Below are positions 1 to 9,862 of a stretch of DNA of 64,000 nt, piece by piece. The DNA lies in contig JAGYJL010000007.1 of assembly GCA_018402015.1 (NCBI GenBank), positions 13,440 through 77,439 on the forward strand, written 5' to 3'. The stretch is from Flavobacteriales bacterium. GTDB taxonomy: Bacteria > Bacteroidota > Bacteroidia > UBA10329. The number at the start of each line of letters is the position of its first letter. Within the stretch, counting starts at the first letter, position 1. The position numbers and the translations under genes were made by a program. Under the pieces are notes generated by a model, which did not search any database, was not told the DNA's origin, and worked only from the letters and a program-made list of their open reading frames with translations.

Positions 1-459
1 AGAACTGGGAGTAACATGACTGCTGCTACAACGTTACGTTTGGCGCGCGATTTCGACAATATTGTGGCAATTAAAGAGGCTTCGGGTAGTTTAGATCAAT
101 GCACGGCCATTCTGAAAGATCGTCCGGACGGTTTTTTAGTGATATCTGGTGATGACACCTTAAGCTTATCCATAATTGCAAGTGGAGGTGATGGAGTAAT
201 ATCTGTAGTTGCAAATGCTTTTCCGGCCGAATATTCCGAGTTGATCACAGCCAGTATGAACAGTGATTTTGAAACTGCCAGAAAACGTCAGTATCAGTTG
301 TTCGATCTAATCAATCTGTTGTTTGCTGAAGGAAATCCGGCAGGCGTTAAGTGCGTGCTTAACTTCCTAGGAATTTGCGAAGAGAACGTTCGGTTGCCGC
401 TTGTTCAGGTTTCGGAAACACTTCGTAGTAAGCTCAAAGAACAGCTTGCTCAGCTTTGA
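1..459 (+). CDS. dapA: 4-hydroxy-tetrahydrodipicolinate synthase, C-terminal part (5' end lies off the window)
   Basis: Frame 1 is open from base 1. It contains VAIKEASG (catalytic Lys region) and DapA-like C-terminal helices. The stop at 457-459 abuts a convergent gene. Confidence 0.85.
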   Translation, partial: RTGSNMTAATTLRLARDFDNIVAIKEASGSLDQCTAILKDRPDGFLVISGDDTLSLSIIASGGDGVISVVANAFPAEYSELITASMNSDFETARKRQYQLFDLINLLFAEGNPAGVKCVLNFLGICEENVRLPLVQVSETLRSKLKEQLAQL

Positions 460-924
460 TCACTTACCGTATTCGTAAGTCGTTTCAATCACTTTTTCCT
501 GTGGCCATTTTACCACCACGCTTCCAGATGTACCGTATCTGAGAGGCGTTAGGTCAAATTGTACCGTGTCTTTTACAAGACTTCTGCAAGCATCGTTGTC
601 AGGGTTCAAGTGTTCAAAGTCGATGATTGCCTGTGGAGGAAGGCTTTTTAGCCAACCACCAGAAAAATAGGCGTTGAAATCGTGCTCTTTGCAACCCCCA
701 CTGTACCTGAAAATCACGGTCAGCACATCATTCTCATTGCTCATTTCCAATACCTGAAAATCGGGCTTTGATGGTTTTCTGTTCGGGTCTACAGTAATTT
801 GCTTCACAGTTGATTCCACCGTTTCTTTTGTTGATGCTTTGGCAGAAGAAGCCGTGTTTGAACCGTTGTTCTTGCACGCACCCAACAAGGTAAGCAGAGC
901 CAATATCACTATAGAATTCTTCAT
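460..924 (-). CDS. hypothetical lipoprotein
   Basis: ATG at 922-924. N-terminus MKNSIVILALLTLLGAC has a lipobox-like LLGAC. No family recognised. Confidence 0.6.
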   Translation of the reverse strand: MKNSIVILALLTLLGACKNNGSNTASSAKASTKETVESTVKQITVDPNRKPSKPDFQVLEMSNENDVLTVIFRYSGGCKEHDFNAYFSGGWLKSLPPQAIIDFEHLNPDNDACRSLVKDTVQFDLTPLRYGTSGSVVVKWPQEKVIETTYEYGK

Positions 925-976
925 GTTCGTCTGTTTGCGCTATCCTGTTTACCCAAGATCTGCACCTGAAATTCTC

Positions 977-3310
977 TTAATCTCTAAGCAACACTACTTT
1001 TCTGGTTACAACGCCAGAATTCGTGTTCAGATTAACATGATAGATTCCGTTGGCAAGATCGATAAGTTCGAGGCGAGTGCGAGACATGCCAGAAATGTTC
1101 ACGTTTCTGACAACTCTTCCTGTAATATCCGTTACGGTCATATTATTTACTTCATCAGCCTTTTCAACTTCAATGTAAATAATGCCTTCAGATGGGTTCG
1201 GATAGATGCTCAATCTTCCTAGATCAACCTCCGTTACTGAAAGTCCGCCAACCATTCCGAATTCGGCCGCTTCCTCCTCATCGAATTCACCACCTTGGGC
1301 CATAATTACGTTATTCCCGTCACGAAGTGTGTATTCTCCACTTCCAGATAAAAACCCGCAGCAAATTCCATCTCCCCAATCATCCACAATAAGGAATGTG
1401 TAGCATCCGTCTCCATTCAATTGAATGGTTTCGTTAATCGTAGCGTTGTTCGGATACGCACCTGGATCTCCTGCTTGAGCATTCTGAAGGCCACCACCAT
1501 TTGCTCCAATCGTGGTGTTTCCACCAGATGCTACCAACTGATTGTTCGGTCCACGAACTTCCCAATACGTTTCATAACCATACGCGTCTGTTTCAATCGT
1601 AAGGTTCAATACTTCCTCGCCTACATTCAGATCGAAAGTGGAGGTAGTTGTGTTATTGTTTGTGTTCTCGTCTGTTTGACCGTTTGCAGCTGAAACTGTC
1701 ACTTGAATGGTGTTGGTTCCTACCTGAGCAGAGAATCCGGCCAATTGAACATTAGCAGTGCCATTCTGCGGTAGGTTACCTGTCCAGTTTTCTACCTGGT
1801 TAGTGCCACCGTTGTAGCTGTAGGTTATCGTTGCAGAAGTAAGGTTACTTGTTCCGTTGTTCTTAAGAACGAAAACAGGCTCAACAAATTCCACTTCGCA
1901 CAACACGCTTGGTATAGATTGCAGCCCGTTGCTTGCAGCATCCAAACTGTAAACCACAGCTCCGGTCGGGTATCCATCCAACGTGGTAACTCCCGTGTTC
2001 AGCGGGTCCAACCAATCGCGGAGTCGGGTAGAGGCGCTGTTTCCATCCCACGATACTCCAAACCTTCCATACCAATCTGGCTGCCCGTTGTTCGAACTTC
2101 CTTGACACGCAGCGCCACCGCCATATAATTGACCGATGATTCGGTGGTCTTGATTGAATAATGGGCTTCCAGATGATCCACCTTCTGTAACGCCATCTTC
2201 CCACTGATCGATGTACCAAACGGCTGCTCCGCTTTGGTTTGCGTGATAAGGTCCATCGGTATCATGGCAGATCTTCTTCAGGTCTCCAGATGGATGGTGA
2301 ATTCCTGTCGCAGCAGTTACTGCACTTTCGTTATCTGTATTATCCCATCCTGCCCATTCGGCATTGAAACTGGCCGGAATTGCATTCCCGTTATTTATTT
2401 CCAAAAGTCCGAAGTCGGAGCCTCCGTTGCTAGCAACGATAGAAGCTCCGGAAACACTTTGGTTGGTTGGTCCGGTATTTCCACCGCAGCTAGATGATTC
2501 GTGGTTGAAATAGAAAACCCAATTCCCTACGTTTCCCAAACAATGATTGGCAGTGAGGAAATATGGATAACCATCGTTTGCTGTGTTGTTAATAAGTGCT
2601 CCGCTGCAAACGGCATTTCCTCCATTAGCTATAAGCGCTACTGATTTCTTTTCCACTTGCCAATCATCACCTTCAGGACAATTAATATTGATGTTGCAAG
2701 CACCGCTATTACCAAATGGTCCGCGGGCTGCACTTTTCAACTCTTCAAACTTGGAGGTTATCCCTCTGTAGGCATGTACGATCTCCCCGATTTTCAGGTT
2801 CATTCCGCTCAAATCCTGATTCTCTGGTATGGAAAGTTCAATAACGACATCTTCACCGTAAACCAAGCTTGTGGCCAACATCCCGTTAGCTTGTCTATTC
2901 GTATGGTTGAAAGAACCGATGAAGTGCGTTTGTTCTAGATCGTAAATGAATAAGTTGGCCGACTTAGGAAGATCGAATTGCGTGAAAACAAAACTCATTG
3001 CCTTTGCATTGGGTGCATGAATCCCCAATCTCCAAACGTTACTTCCGTTTTCCACAGTCCATTCTCCGCTGTTATCTGTGTTCAAGTTTGCACTGCGCTC
3101 AATTCCAAATCGGTATCCGAATTCCTTGTACTGATCGTTTTCGGCATCTTCGGCATCAATCGTTGCCATATCCAATTCAGGAAGACGTTCGAATTGCAAC
3201 TGCAGATCAGCAGATTGCCAATTGATAGGTTGACCACCATGGCTTACCTGAGCATGAATAACACCAGCCGAGATACAAATGGCGACAGCGAGAAGGAGAA
3301 ATTTTTTCAT
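977..3310 (-). CDS. secreted S1-family (trypsin/lysyl-endopeptidase-like) serine peptidase with T9SS type A C-terminal sorting domain
   Basis: Signal peptide MKKFLLLAVAICISAGVIHAQ. His motif LTANHC and Ser motif GGSSGSPLF. C-terminus LSIYPNPSEGIIYIEV...GIYHVNLNTNSGVVTRKVVLL is a typical T9SS CTD. Confidence 0.8.
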   Translation of the reverse strand: MKKFLLLAVAICISAGVIHAQVSHGGQPINWQSADLQLQFERLPELDMATIDAEDAENDQYKEFGYRFGIERSANLNTDNSGEWTVENGSNVWRLGIHAPNAKAMSFVFTQFDLPKSANLFIYDLEQTHFIGSFNHTNRQANGMLATSLVYGEDVVIELSIPENQDLSGMNLKIGEIVHAYRGITSKFEELKSAARGPFGNSGACNININCPEGDDWQVEKKSVALIANGGNAVCSGALINNTANDGYPYFLTANHCLGNVGNWVFYFNHESSSCGGNTGPTNQSVSGASIVASNGGSDFGLLEINNGNAIPASFNAEWAGWDNTDNESAVTAATGIHHPSGDLKKICHDTDGPYHANQSGAAVWYIDQWEDGVTEGGSSGSPLFNQDHRIIGQLYGGGAACQGSSNNGQPDWYGRFGVSWDGNSASTRLRDWLDPLNTGVTTLDGYPTGAVVYSLDAASNGLQSIPSVLCEVEFVEPVFVLKNNGTSNLTSATITYSYNGGTNQVENWTGNLPQNGTANVQLAGFSAQVGTNTIQVTVSAANGQTDENTNNNTTTSTFDLNVGEEVLNLTIETDAYGYETYWEVRGPNNQLVASGGNTTIGANGGGLQNAQAGDPGAYPNNATINETIQLNGDGCYTFLIVDDWGDGICCGFLSGSGEYTLRDGNNVIMAQGGEFDEEEAAEFGMVGGLSVTEVDLGRLSIYPNPSEGIIYIEVEKADEVNNMTVTDITGRVVRNVNISGMSRTRLELIDLANGIYHVNLNTNSGVVTRKVVLLRD

Positions 3311-3417
3311 AAGGAATGTTGATTTGGTGCGAATATAGGATTACCCGAAAAGTTGATTTGTCTTTTACCGTGCTTTTGGATTTAACATAAACAAGGAAGT
3401 TAGGTTCAGCAATTGTG

Positions 3418-4191
3418 CTAGATAACTCCCAATGCAAGAAGACATGAGAGAATCAATATCATGATGGCCACGGTCCACTGAACGAACCCGAGTGTTACTT
3501 TTTTCAGCAGTTTTTGTCCGAAGTAAGCTCCAAGAAATGCAGAAAGAACGGCAACGGTCAATATGCCAGCGTTGCCAAGAATGTCAATCTCCTTTAACCG
3601 AGAGAAATATAAACCCAAGCGCGTTACGTCTATGATACTGGCAATGACGATTCCTGTAGCAATGAAAACTTCCTTACCGAGACCATAGCGAATAAGGAAC
3701 GCACTACGAAGAGCACCTTGATGACCGCTTAAACCACCGAAAAAACCACTCACAGCTCCACCTACTATCAGCTTGTTCTTATCGAATTCCATTTGTTTCA
3801 AAGCAGGCACCAATTCGAAAATAGCGAAGAATGCCATCAGCGCTGCAACAATCAGTTTCACGGTAAAAATCTCGAATGTTCTTCCAAACATCACATATGA
3901 AGCAATTGGGTTGCTACTCGAAAAGTGAAGTAAAGCGTAAGCACCGATAAGCGCACCGAAAATGGCCGGCAGACCGAACCGTAGTACAACAGGCCAGTTC
4001 GCTTTTAGACCCACCAATCCCATCTTGAAAAGGTTATTCAATAAGTGGACGATCCCGGTAAGTGCAATTGCAACTTCAATGGGAAAAAAGAGCATGAATG
4101 CGGGCGTCAGAATTGTTCCGAGGCCGAAGCCAGAAAAGAAGGTAAGTAGAGATGCAAACGCTGCAACTGCTGCTATGACCAGGTATTCCAT
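3418..4191 (-). CDS. TSUP-family (TauE/SafE-like) anion permease
   Basis: 257 aa polytopic protein. N-terminus AAFASLLTFFSGFGLGTILTPAFMLF and an internal repeat are typical of TauE/SafE. The start overlaps the upstream stop by 1 nt (TGATG). Confidence 0.85.
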   Translation of the reverse strand: MEYLVIAAVAAFASLLTFFSGFGLGTILTPAFMLFFPIEVAIALTGIVHLLNNLFKMGLVGLKANWPVVLRFGLPAIFGALIGAYALLHFSSSNPIASYVMFGRTFEIFTVKLIVAALMAFFAIFELVPALKQMEFDKNKLIVGGAVSGFFGGLSGHQGALRSAFLIRYGLGKEVFIATGIVIASIIDVTRLGLYFSRLKEIDILGNAGILTVAVLSAFLGAYFGQKLLKKVTLGFVQWTVAIMILILSCLLALGVI

Positions 4192-4784
4192 CAGGCCAAT
4201 TTCTTCTTACGCTGCGACCACATGTGCAAGTACAACTTTGGAAAGAACACGAAATATGACAGGCCAACTACGGCTAACGCCAAATTGATGATATCCAACT
4301 GGAAGGAACGCCATTCCCAAAAGGAGAACATCACCAAGAACTCTCCAAGAACTCCAATTGGGTACAGCGCAATGAAAAACGTGTACCTACTGAACGTGAT
4401 CACTTGAAGTGGTTTTTTCGTGATCTCTGTAAGGTAATACAGCGCTCTAACCACTTCTGTAATGCTCCAAGCAATGGCAATGAGCATAAAGCCAGTAACC
4501 ATAGAATTGGAACTCAGTTCGATCAATCGTTCGTTCGGAATCCAAATTAGCAATGCAACAATCAGAAATCGGGAAAAAACCTGCATGGTCGTGAGCATCC
4601 AATTTGCTCCAGCTATTCCGATCACAGCGTTCAGAATTTCGAAAATGGCCAATCCTTGCGCCACAGTCAGCATCCAAAGACTTTGCTCTTCGAACTTCAG
4701 CCCATGAACCAATGCATGGATGAAAAACAATGACCACGCAAGAAGAGTGACCAAATTAAAGGAGATCAACCAGGTCTTTTTCAT
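4191..4784 (-). CDS. PTPLA/HACD-like membrane protein (3-hydroxyacyl-CoA dehydratase family)
   Basis: Start moved to MKKTWLISF (ATG 4782-4784), 5 nt after the GH97 stop. Motifs LAIFEILNAVIGIAGANWMLTTMQVFSR, WSITEVVRALYY and RYTFFIALYPIGVLGE parallel the eukaryotic HACD/Phs1 motifs, including the conserved Tyr and Glu. Confidence 0.65.
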   Translation of the reverse strand: MKKTWLISFNLVTLLAWSLFFIHALVHGLKFEEQSLWMLTVAQGLAIFEILNAVIGIAGANWMLTTMQVFSRFLIVALLIWIPNERLIELSSNSMVTGFMLIAIAWSITEVVRALYYLTEITKKPLQVITFSRYTFFIALYPIGVLGEFLVMFSFWEWRSFQLDIINLALAVVGLSYFVFFPKLYLHMWSQRKKKLA

Positions 4785-4789
4785 ATCAA

Positions 4790-6745
4790 TTAGTTGTTCG
4801 ATTTTCTGATGATGGCAACCCAACCACCACCTTCAGCCATTGAGATCACATACTTCATAGTTGAGGTGATGGTTGTTTCTTGGAAGAACTCGAAATTGGT
4901 GCCATCTGCTCTTGTATTCTCTCCATCTCGCCAAACATCCATTTCAAACGCTCCGTTTCCAAGGAATGAAAGATCGATACTTAGCGTTTGACCAACAGAG
5001 CCGGTCATTCCGCCAACGTACCAAACATCACCTTTTCTTCTTGCTAGCAGAACGTGTTCGCCTACTTTGGCATCAAGAACCAAGGTTTCGTCCCATGTTG
5101 TGGGAACCACGCTAAGGAATTTCATGCATTCAGGCTCTTTCTCATAAGCGGTTGGTTCATCTGCCAGCATCTGCAACGGACTTTCAAACACCACGTATTT
5201 TGCCAATTCATGACAGCGCGTTCCTTGGCTTTTTGGATGTTTAAAGTTCATGCGGTGCTTTTTCGGGTCAGAGATGTTTTCCATTGCTCCTGGCGTGTAA
5301 TCCATTGGTCCGGCAAGCATTCGTGTAAATGGCAATGTTACATCATGATCTACCGTAAGTGCGCTACTCCATTTGTTCCATTCCAAGCCACGAACTCCTT
5401 CAAATGTCAGTACGTTCGGGTAAGTACGTTGCAATCCCTTAGGACAATGACTTCCATGAAAATCGACTAGCAACTGGCGGTCTGCACACTCCTTGGCGAC
5501 TTTCTCATAGAAAGCGATCATTTCCTGATCATTACGCATCATGAAATCCATCTTGATTCCTGTAATTCCCCAATCCGAGAACTGTTGAAATGCCTCTGCA
5601 AATTGCTTATCCAGCGTTCTCCAAACAACCCAAAGAATAATTCCAACGTTCTTGCTTTTCGCATAGGCCAGAAGTTCTGGCATGTCAATCTCATCTTTCA
5701 CATGGGTAAGGTCTCCCAATTTGTACCAACCTTCATCCATAATGATGTACTCCAAACCGTTCTTGGCAGCAAAATCGATGTAGTACTTATAGGTCTGGGT
5801 GTTCAGCCCTGGTTTGAAATCAACGCCCTCTAGTTGTAGTGCATTCCACCAATCCCAAGCAACTTTACCTGGCTTTATCCAATCTGTAGAAGTTAGCTGT
5901 GTTTCCGATGCCAATAACCACGGCAGGTGAGAACCCAATAATTCAGATTCTGAATTGGCGATTGTGAATACCCTCCAAGGATAGGTCCTGTTTCCCGAGG
6001 TTTTGGCAATGTAACCATGCTTTATGCTAGGTACTGTGTAACGATCAGCAACGTTGAAGGTTGTGGCCAAATGCTTTGGGTGAATGGCCTTATAACCACC
6101 TAGACCGTCTGTTTGCAAGTACATGCTAGGGTAGTCGTGTAGATCGGTTTCCGTGTACATTAGAAACGGCCCGTTGTTCCACTTCCAAAGTATCGGAAGG
6201 CTTCCTTTTTCGTTTGGTTTCAGGTCTAAACTGGTTGTTGGTTTAAAGTAACGTTCGTTGTGCGAGTAAAAGGTCGTTTCGGTCGGAAACCAAACATCCG
6301 GATTGGCCGTCAATTCAAATCCCATTTTTTCTTCCTTAATGGTGATCTCCTTGTCAAATGAAGTTCGTATGCGATACGAGAAACCCTCGTTGTAACAGCG
6401 GAAATCGAGCCCAAGTCCGCTTTCGAAATCCAAAGAGAGTTCATTGTAGTTTTCAGAAATTTCTGAAGCTCGATAAGGAACTGTTGGTCTAAGCGTTCGG
6501 TCTACCGATCGGGTAACGGTTTCTGGTCTGTATTCCTTGTAACCTAATTGATTCTTCTTGCCAACTTGAAGCCCTATCGGTTTTCCGTGCATGATCAATC
6601 GGTTCTTGTAGTAAACCCGATAAATGGTGTTGGCACTAACCACAACTTCAACTTTAATGTTCTGATCGGGCGATTGCAGCAGGTATTCTTGCCCAAGAAC
6701 ATGATTGAATGAGAGGATAAGGAATAAAAGAAACGAGTATTTCAT
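4790..6745 (-). CDS. glycoside hydrolase family 97
   Basis: Start at MKYSFLLFLILSF (ATG 6743-6745); the longer track ORF is an extension. GH97-like blocks: WIKPGKVAWDWW, YIDFAAKNGLEYIIMDEGW, TYPNVLTFEGVRG, LPFTRMLAGPMDYTPG. Confidence 0.8.
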   Translation of the reverse strand: MKYSFLLFLILSFNHVLGQEYLLQSPDQNIKVEVVVSANTIYRVYYKNRLIMHGKPIGLQVGKKNQLGYKEYRPETVTRSVDRTLRPTVPYRASEISENYNELSLDFESGLGLDFRCYNEGFSYRIRTSFDKEITIKEEKMGFELTANPDVWFPTETTFYSHNERYFKPTTSLDLKPNEKGSLPILWKWNNGPFLMYTETDLHDYPSMYLQTDGLGGYKAIHPKHLATTFNVADRYTVPSIKHGYIAKTSGNRTYPWRVFTIANSESELLGSHLPWLLASETQLTSTDWIKPGKVAWDWWNALQLEGVDFKPGLNTQTYKYYIDFAAKNGLEYIIMDEGWYKLGDLTHVKDEIDMPELLAYAKSKNVGIILWVVWRTLDKQFAEAFQQFSDWGITGIKMDFMMRNDQEMIAFYEKVAKECADRQLLVDFHGSHCPKGLQRTYPNVLTFEGVRGLEWNKWSSALTVDHDVTLPFTRMLAGPMDYTPGAMENISDPKKHRMNFKHPKSQGTRCHELAKYVVFESPLQMLADEPTAYEKEPECMKFLSVVPTTWDETLVLDAKVGEHVLLARRKGDVWYVGGMTGSVGQTLSIDLSFLGNGAFEMDVWRDGENTRADGTNFEFFQETTITSTMKYVISMAEGGGWVAIIRKSNN

Positions 6746-6891
6746 TGATGTTGTTTGAGGTGGCAAGTTGCCGAAATGTTCCGACCTGAACCAATTCAAA
6801 CCGTTAATTATCTACGTGTTTCTGAACAAGAGGCTGCTTTGGTCGTGCAGTTGCGTTTTATCAACGCAAGCAACTTGTATTTTCGAAGCCT

Positions 6892-8241
6892 ATGAAAAAG
6901 CTATTCACTCTTCTGCTGATTTTCTCGGCATTTGTTTCTCGGTCTCAGACCAGTTTGAACATGGATTCGTTGTTCAATTGGCGCAATACGGATCTTGTGC
7001 CATCAACCGCTCATTTTAACACCTACAACGAGATCTGGGGATATGCAAAGGGTGGGGCAGAGTATGCCATTATTGGTTCAACTGCAGGCACGCACATTTT
7101 TGACGTGACCGATCCGGGAAATTCTGAGGAAGTGGTTTTCCTTGATGCTGCCAATACAGGGCCAAGCGTCATCCATCGCGATTACCATGATTATGCCGAC
7201 CATCTTTACATTGTGTGCGATGAAGGCGCAAGTACGCTACAAATAGCCGATCTTACGTTTCTACCAGATTCAGCTCCTATCGTTTACGATAGCAACGCGC
7301 TGTTTCCGCGTTCCCACAACATATTCATAGACACTTCAAGTGCTAGAATGTATGTCTGTGGAGGAACCGTTCAGTTTGCAGTTTATTCGTTGGCCGATCC
7401 TGCAAATCCAACGCTTTTGGTAAACTGTCCGGCCGATGTACCGTTCTGGAGTTCAATAGGATACATTCATGATGTATACGTAAGAGGCGATACAGCATAT
7501 TTGAATGCCGAAACGCGTGGGTTTTTCATTGTCGATTTTTCTGACCTGAACGACATTACCATGATCGGCTCGTTAGACACGTATCCTCAATCTGGCTATA
7601 ACCATAGCGGTTGGGTAATGCCAGGGCAACCATATTACGCCTTTGCAGACGAAACGCATGGTATGGATGTTAAGATTGTGGATATTTCGGATATGAGTGA
7701 CCTTGTGGTTACAGATACCATTGGATCGGATGTGAACGAATTCTCTATTCCGCATAACCTTATCTATACCGAAAACCATCTTTTTGTGTCGTACTATTTT
7801 GATGGCGTTTATATGTTCGAATGTTCTGATCCTGCGCATCCTTCGTTGGCAGGTTATTACGATACATCCACTGAACCTCATCAGAACGGTTGGTACCGAG
7901 GCTGTTGGGGAGTTTATCCTTTCCTTCCTTCGGGGAATATTCTTGCATCAGATATGCAAACAGGTTTGTGGGTTTTGAGTTCTCAACTTGTTTCCGGAAT
8001 AGAGGAAGAGAACAACGCTGCTACCGAATTCCAAGTGTATCCCAATCCAACATCTGAGTTACTTTTTGTTCCTAAACAATTCTTAGGCGAAAGCTATCAG
8101 CTGGTCAATATGTTCGGTCAGATTCTCGAATCTGGAAAACTAGAGATAACACTCGATGTTTCTAGTTTGGCAAATGGAGTGTACCTGCTTAACGTGGTCA
8201 GGAAAGAGGGTAATACAGCTACCAGATTCTTGAAAAAATAA
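6892..8241 (+). CDS. choice-of-anchor B / LVIVD-repeat beta-propeller protein with T9SS type A CTD
   Basis: Signal peptide. YNEIWGYAKGGAEYAIIGSTAGTHIFDVTDP is typical of choice-of-anchor B. C-terminus FQVYPNPTSELLFV...GVYLLNVV...TRFLKK. Confidence 0.7.
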   Translation: MKKLFTLLLIFSAFVSRSQTSLNMDSLFNWRNTDLVPSTAHFNTYNEIWGYAKGGAEYAIIGSTAGTHIFDVTDPGNSEEVVFLDAANTGPSVIHRDYHDYADHLYIVCDEGASTLQIADLTFLPDSAPIVYDSNALFPRSHNIFIDTSSARMYVCGGTVQFAVYSLADPANPTLLVNCPADVPFWSSIGYIHDVYVRGDTAYLNAETRGFFIVDFSDLNDITMIGSLDTYPQSGYNHSGWVMPGQPYYAFADETHGMDVKIVDISDMSDLVVTDTIGSDVNEFSIPHNLIYTENHLFVSYYFDGVYMFECSDPAHPSLAGYYDTSTEPHQNGWYRGCWGVYPFLPSGNILASDMQTGLWVLSSQLVSGIEEENNAATEFQVYPNPTSELLFVPKQFLGESYQLVNMFGQILESGKLEITLDVSSLANGVYLLNVVRKEGNTATRFLKK

Positions 8242-8360
8242 CCAGGTTGCGGTTTTAACAGACTTTTATCAGTTTTTGTACCGACCAGCGTCAAGTTGGG
8301 GGTGTTTACTGTGTACTTACTTCGTGGATAGTTAATAACCATCCAAAAAAGAAGAAGGAT

Positions 8361-8756
8361 ATGAGTACTACAAAAGCACCGAAGAAACACATTGATGAAC
8401 TTCATTTCGAGCACCGTCTGTGGACAAATAATATGAAGTTCTATTACGATGAGGTATGCATTTTCGAGAATCGATTGGAAGAACTCGTTCAACGAAATAC
8501 GAAGATTGAGGTAACCTCGCAAATAGAGCATTTCCAGAATCAATTCATTCGCCAGAAAGAAGTTTCTCAGCAATTGGTAAGTAAATGTGGTGATCATGAT
8601 AAGTTTTTGGCCAATCAGGCTAAAGAGCATCCGATTGCAATTGATCACGTGTTATTTGCCGATCACACGAAGCTGAGAGATGAGGTTGAAACGTTTGATA
8701 AGATCTACAAAGAGTTGAAGTCGGAATTCATTGACTTTCTCCGCAAGTGGATGTAA
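8361..8756 (+). CDS. hypothetical helical protein
   Basis: 131-aa ATG-initiated ORF in a clean intergenic context. No family recognised. Confidence 0.5.
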   Translation: MSTTKAPKKHIDELHFEHRLWTNNMKFYYDEVCIFENRLEELVQRNTKIEVTSQIEHFQNQFIRQKEVSQQLVSKCGDHDKFLANQAKEHPIAIDHVLFADHTKLRDEVETFDKIYKELKSEFIDFLRKWM

Positions 8757-8764
8757 AGAATATC

Positions 8765-9142
8765 ATGATGAAAATTCACGTAGACGACACGAGATTAATT
8801 TCTGAGATCAAAGAGGAATTCAATGCTGAATTTCCTTACCTGAAGATCGAGTTTTTCAAAAAACCGCATTCTACCGGAGAGGCTTCAGCACTTTCTGACA
8901 TGTTGCCTGAGGATTCTGCTTTGGCCAAGTGGAGAACGGCACACAATGAAGGAGAAATTGATATTACTCCTGAAATGACAGTGGAAAGCGTTGAAATGGA
9001 ATTCCAAAATAAATTCGGTCTATCGGCTCAGGTATTCAGAAAATCTGGAGCTGTTTGGTTGGAAACTTCTGCTACCGATGGATGGAAGTTGAAAGACCAG
9101 AATGAGCAAGGAGCTTTTATGGAACAGGAAGTTGGCGATTAG
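8765..9142 (+). CDS. hypothetical protein
   Basis: Same frame as the track ORF 8747..9142, which starts at GTG. The first ATG pair (MMKIHV) is at 8765, 9 nt after the upstream stop. A strong terminator follows. Confidence 0.5.
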   Translation: MMKIHVDDTRLISEIKEEFNAEFPYLKIEFFKKPHSTGEASALSDMLPEDSALAKWRTAHNEGEIDITPEMTVESVEMEFQNKFGLSAQVFRKSGAVWLETSATDGWKLKDQNEQGAFMEQEVGD

Positions 9143-9180
9143 CCAATAAGCATGAGGTTGGATGGTACCTCTTGTGCTTG

Positions 9181-9216
9181 GCCCCCTTTCGAAAGAGAGG
9201 GGGCTTTCTTTTTTAC
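9181..9216 (+). terminator. rho-independent terminator
   Basis: GCCCCCTTTC-GAAA-GAGAGGGGGC forms a 10-bp stem with a GAAA loop, followed by TTTCTTTTTT. Confidence 0.7.
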
Positions 9217-9244
9217 TAAAACCTGAATCTAGAAGGGTTAAAAA

Positions 9245-9862
9245 TTATTGGCAGAGGTCAGGCCAATCTGTTTTGGCTCTACCGTAGCCAAGGTCGAGAG
9301 ACTTACGAAGATCCTGACAACCGCCACCGTTATCCTCCATAAAGCGCTTCAAATGACCTCTGTGGTAAAGCGCTTCAGCCAATCTGGTCTTCATGTAATC
9401 TGCCTTGCTGCCTTCAATCTTAGAACCTTCGTAATCAGCCAAAACATTTTTAATCGAGGCCTTGTATTCATGCATTTCAACCAGATTCTCGGAAATTTCA
9501 ACGGCCCTGTTGTAATCTTCCATGGCGGCAGGAAATTCGATCTGTTGGAATTTGATTCCACCACGACCAACATACGCTTCCACAAAATTGGGATCTATCT
9601 CTATCGCTTTGTCGAATTCAGCCTGGGCCTCTTCGTACTTTCTATCTTCTTTTAACTGATTGGCAAGGTTGAAACTCTTAAAAGCTTCCTCGTAAGGAGT
9701 CATGGATGGGGCTTGAACGGTGTCGCCTTTAGCACGGGCTTCTGCTTTTGCTTTAGCGATTTTCTCTTCCTTGGTCATGGTGGAAGAATCTTTATCCCCG
9801 GCTTCTTGAGCTGACGCTGCAAAGGAAATACAGCAGAAAATAAGTAGTAGCAGGTGCTTCAT
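9245..9862 (-). CDS. TPR-repeat secreted protein
   Basis: Start at MKHLLLLIFCCISFAASAQ (ATG 9860-9862). TPR-like segments: EAQAEFDKAIEIDPNFVEAYVGRG and AMEDYNRAVEI. Confidence 0.7.
   Translation of the reverse strand: MKHLLLLIFCCISFAASAQEAGDKDSSTMTKEEKIAKAKAEARAKGDTVQAPSMTPYEEAFKSFNLANQLKEDRKYEEAQAEFDKAIEIDPNFVEAYVGRGGIKFQQIEFPAAMEDYNRAVEISENLVEMHEYKASIKNVLADYEGSKIEGSKADYMKTRLAEALYHRGHLKRFMEDNGGGCQDLRKSLDLGYGRAKTDWPDLCQ

Noticed and set aside
4785-6799. Longer N-terminal extensions offered by the ORF track (GH97 from 6799; HACD-like from 4823; USP from 47662; TPR from 9937)
   Set aside because: In each case an internal ATG gives a canonical signal peptide or N-terminus and removes overlap with the upstream gene, so the extensions are probably not translated.
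6851-6869. Hairpin/operator TTGCGTT-ttatc-AACGCAA in the GH97/choice-of-anchor-B divergent region
   Set aside because: The stem is only 7 bp with no second copy or known operator match. That is too weak to call as a regulatory site.
8118-8648. 176-aa - strand ORF
   Set aside because: It spans the 3' end of the T9SS cargo gene, the intergenic region and the 5' end of the + strand gene at 8361. It is AT-rich shadow reading with no support.
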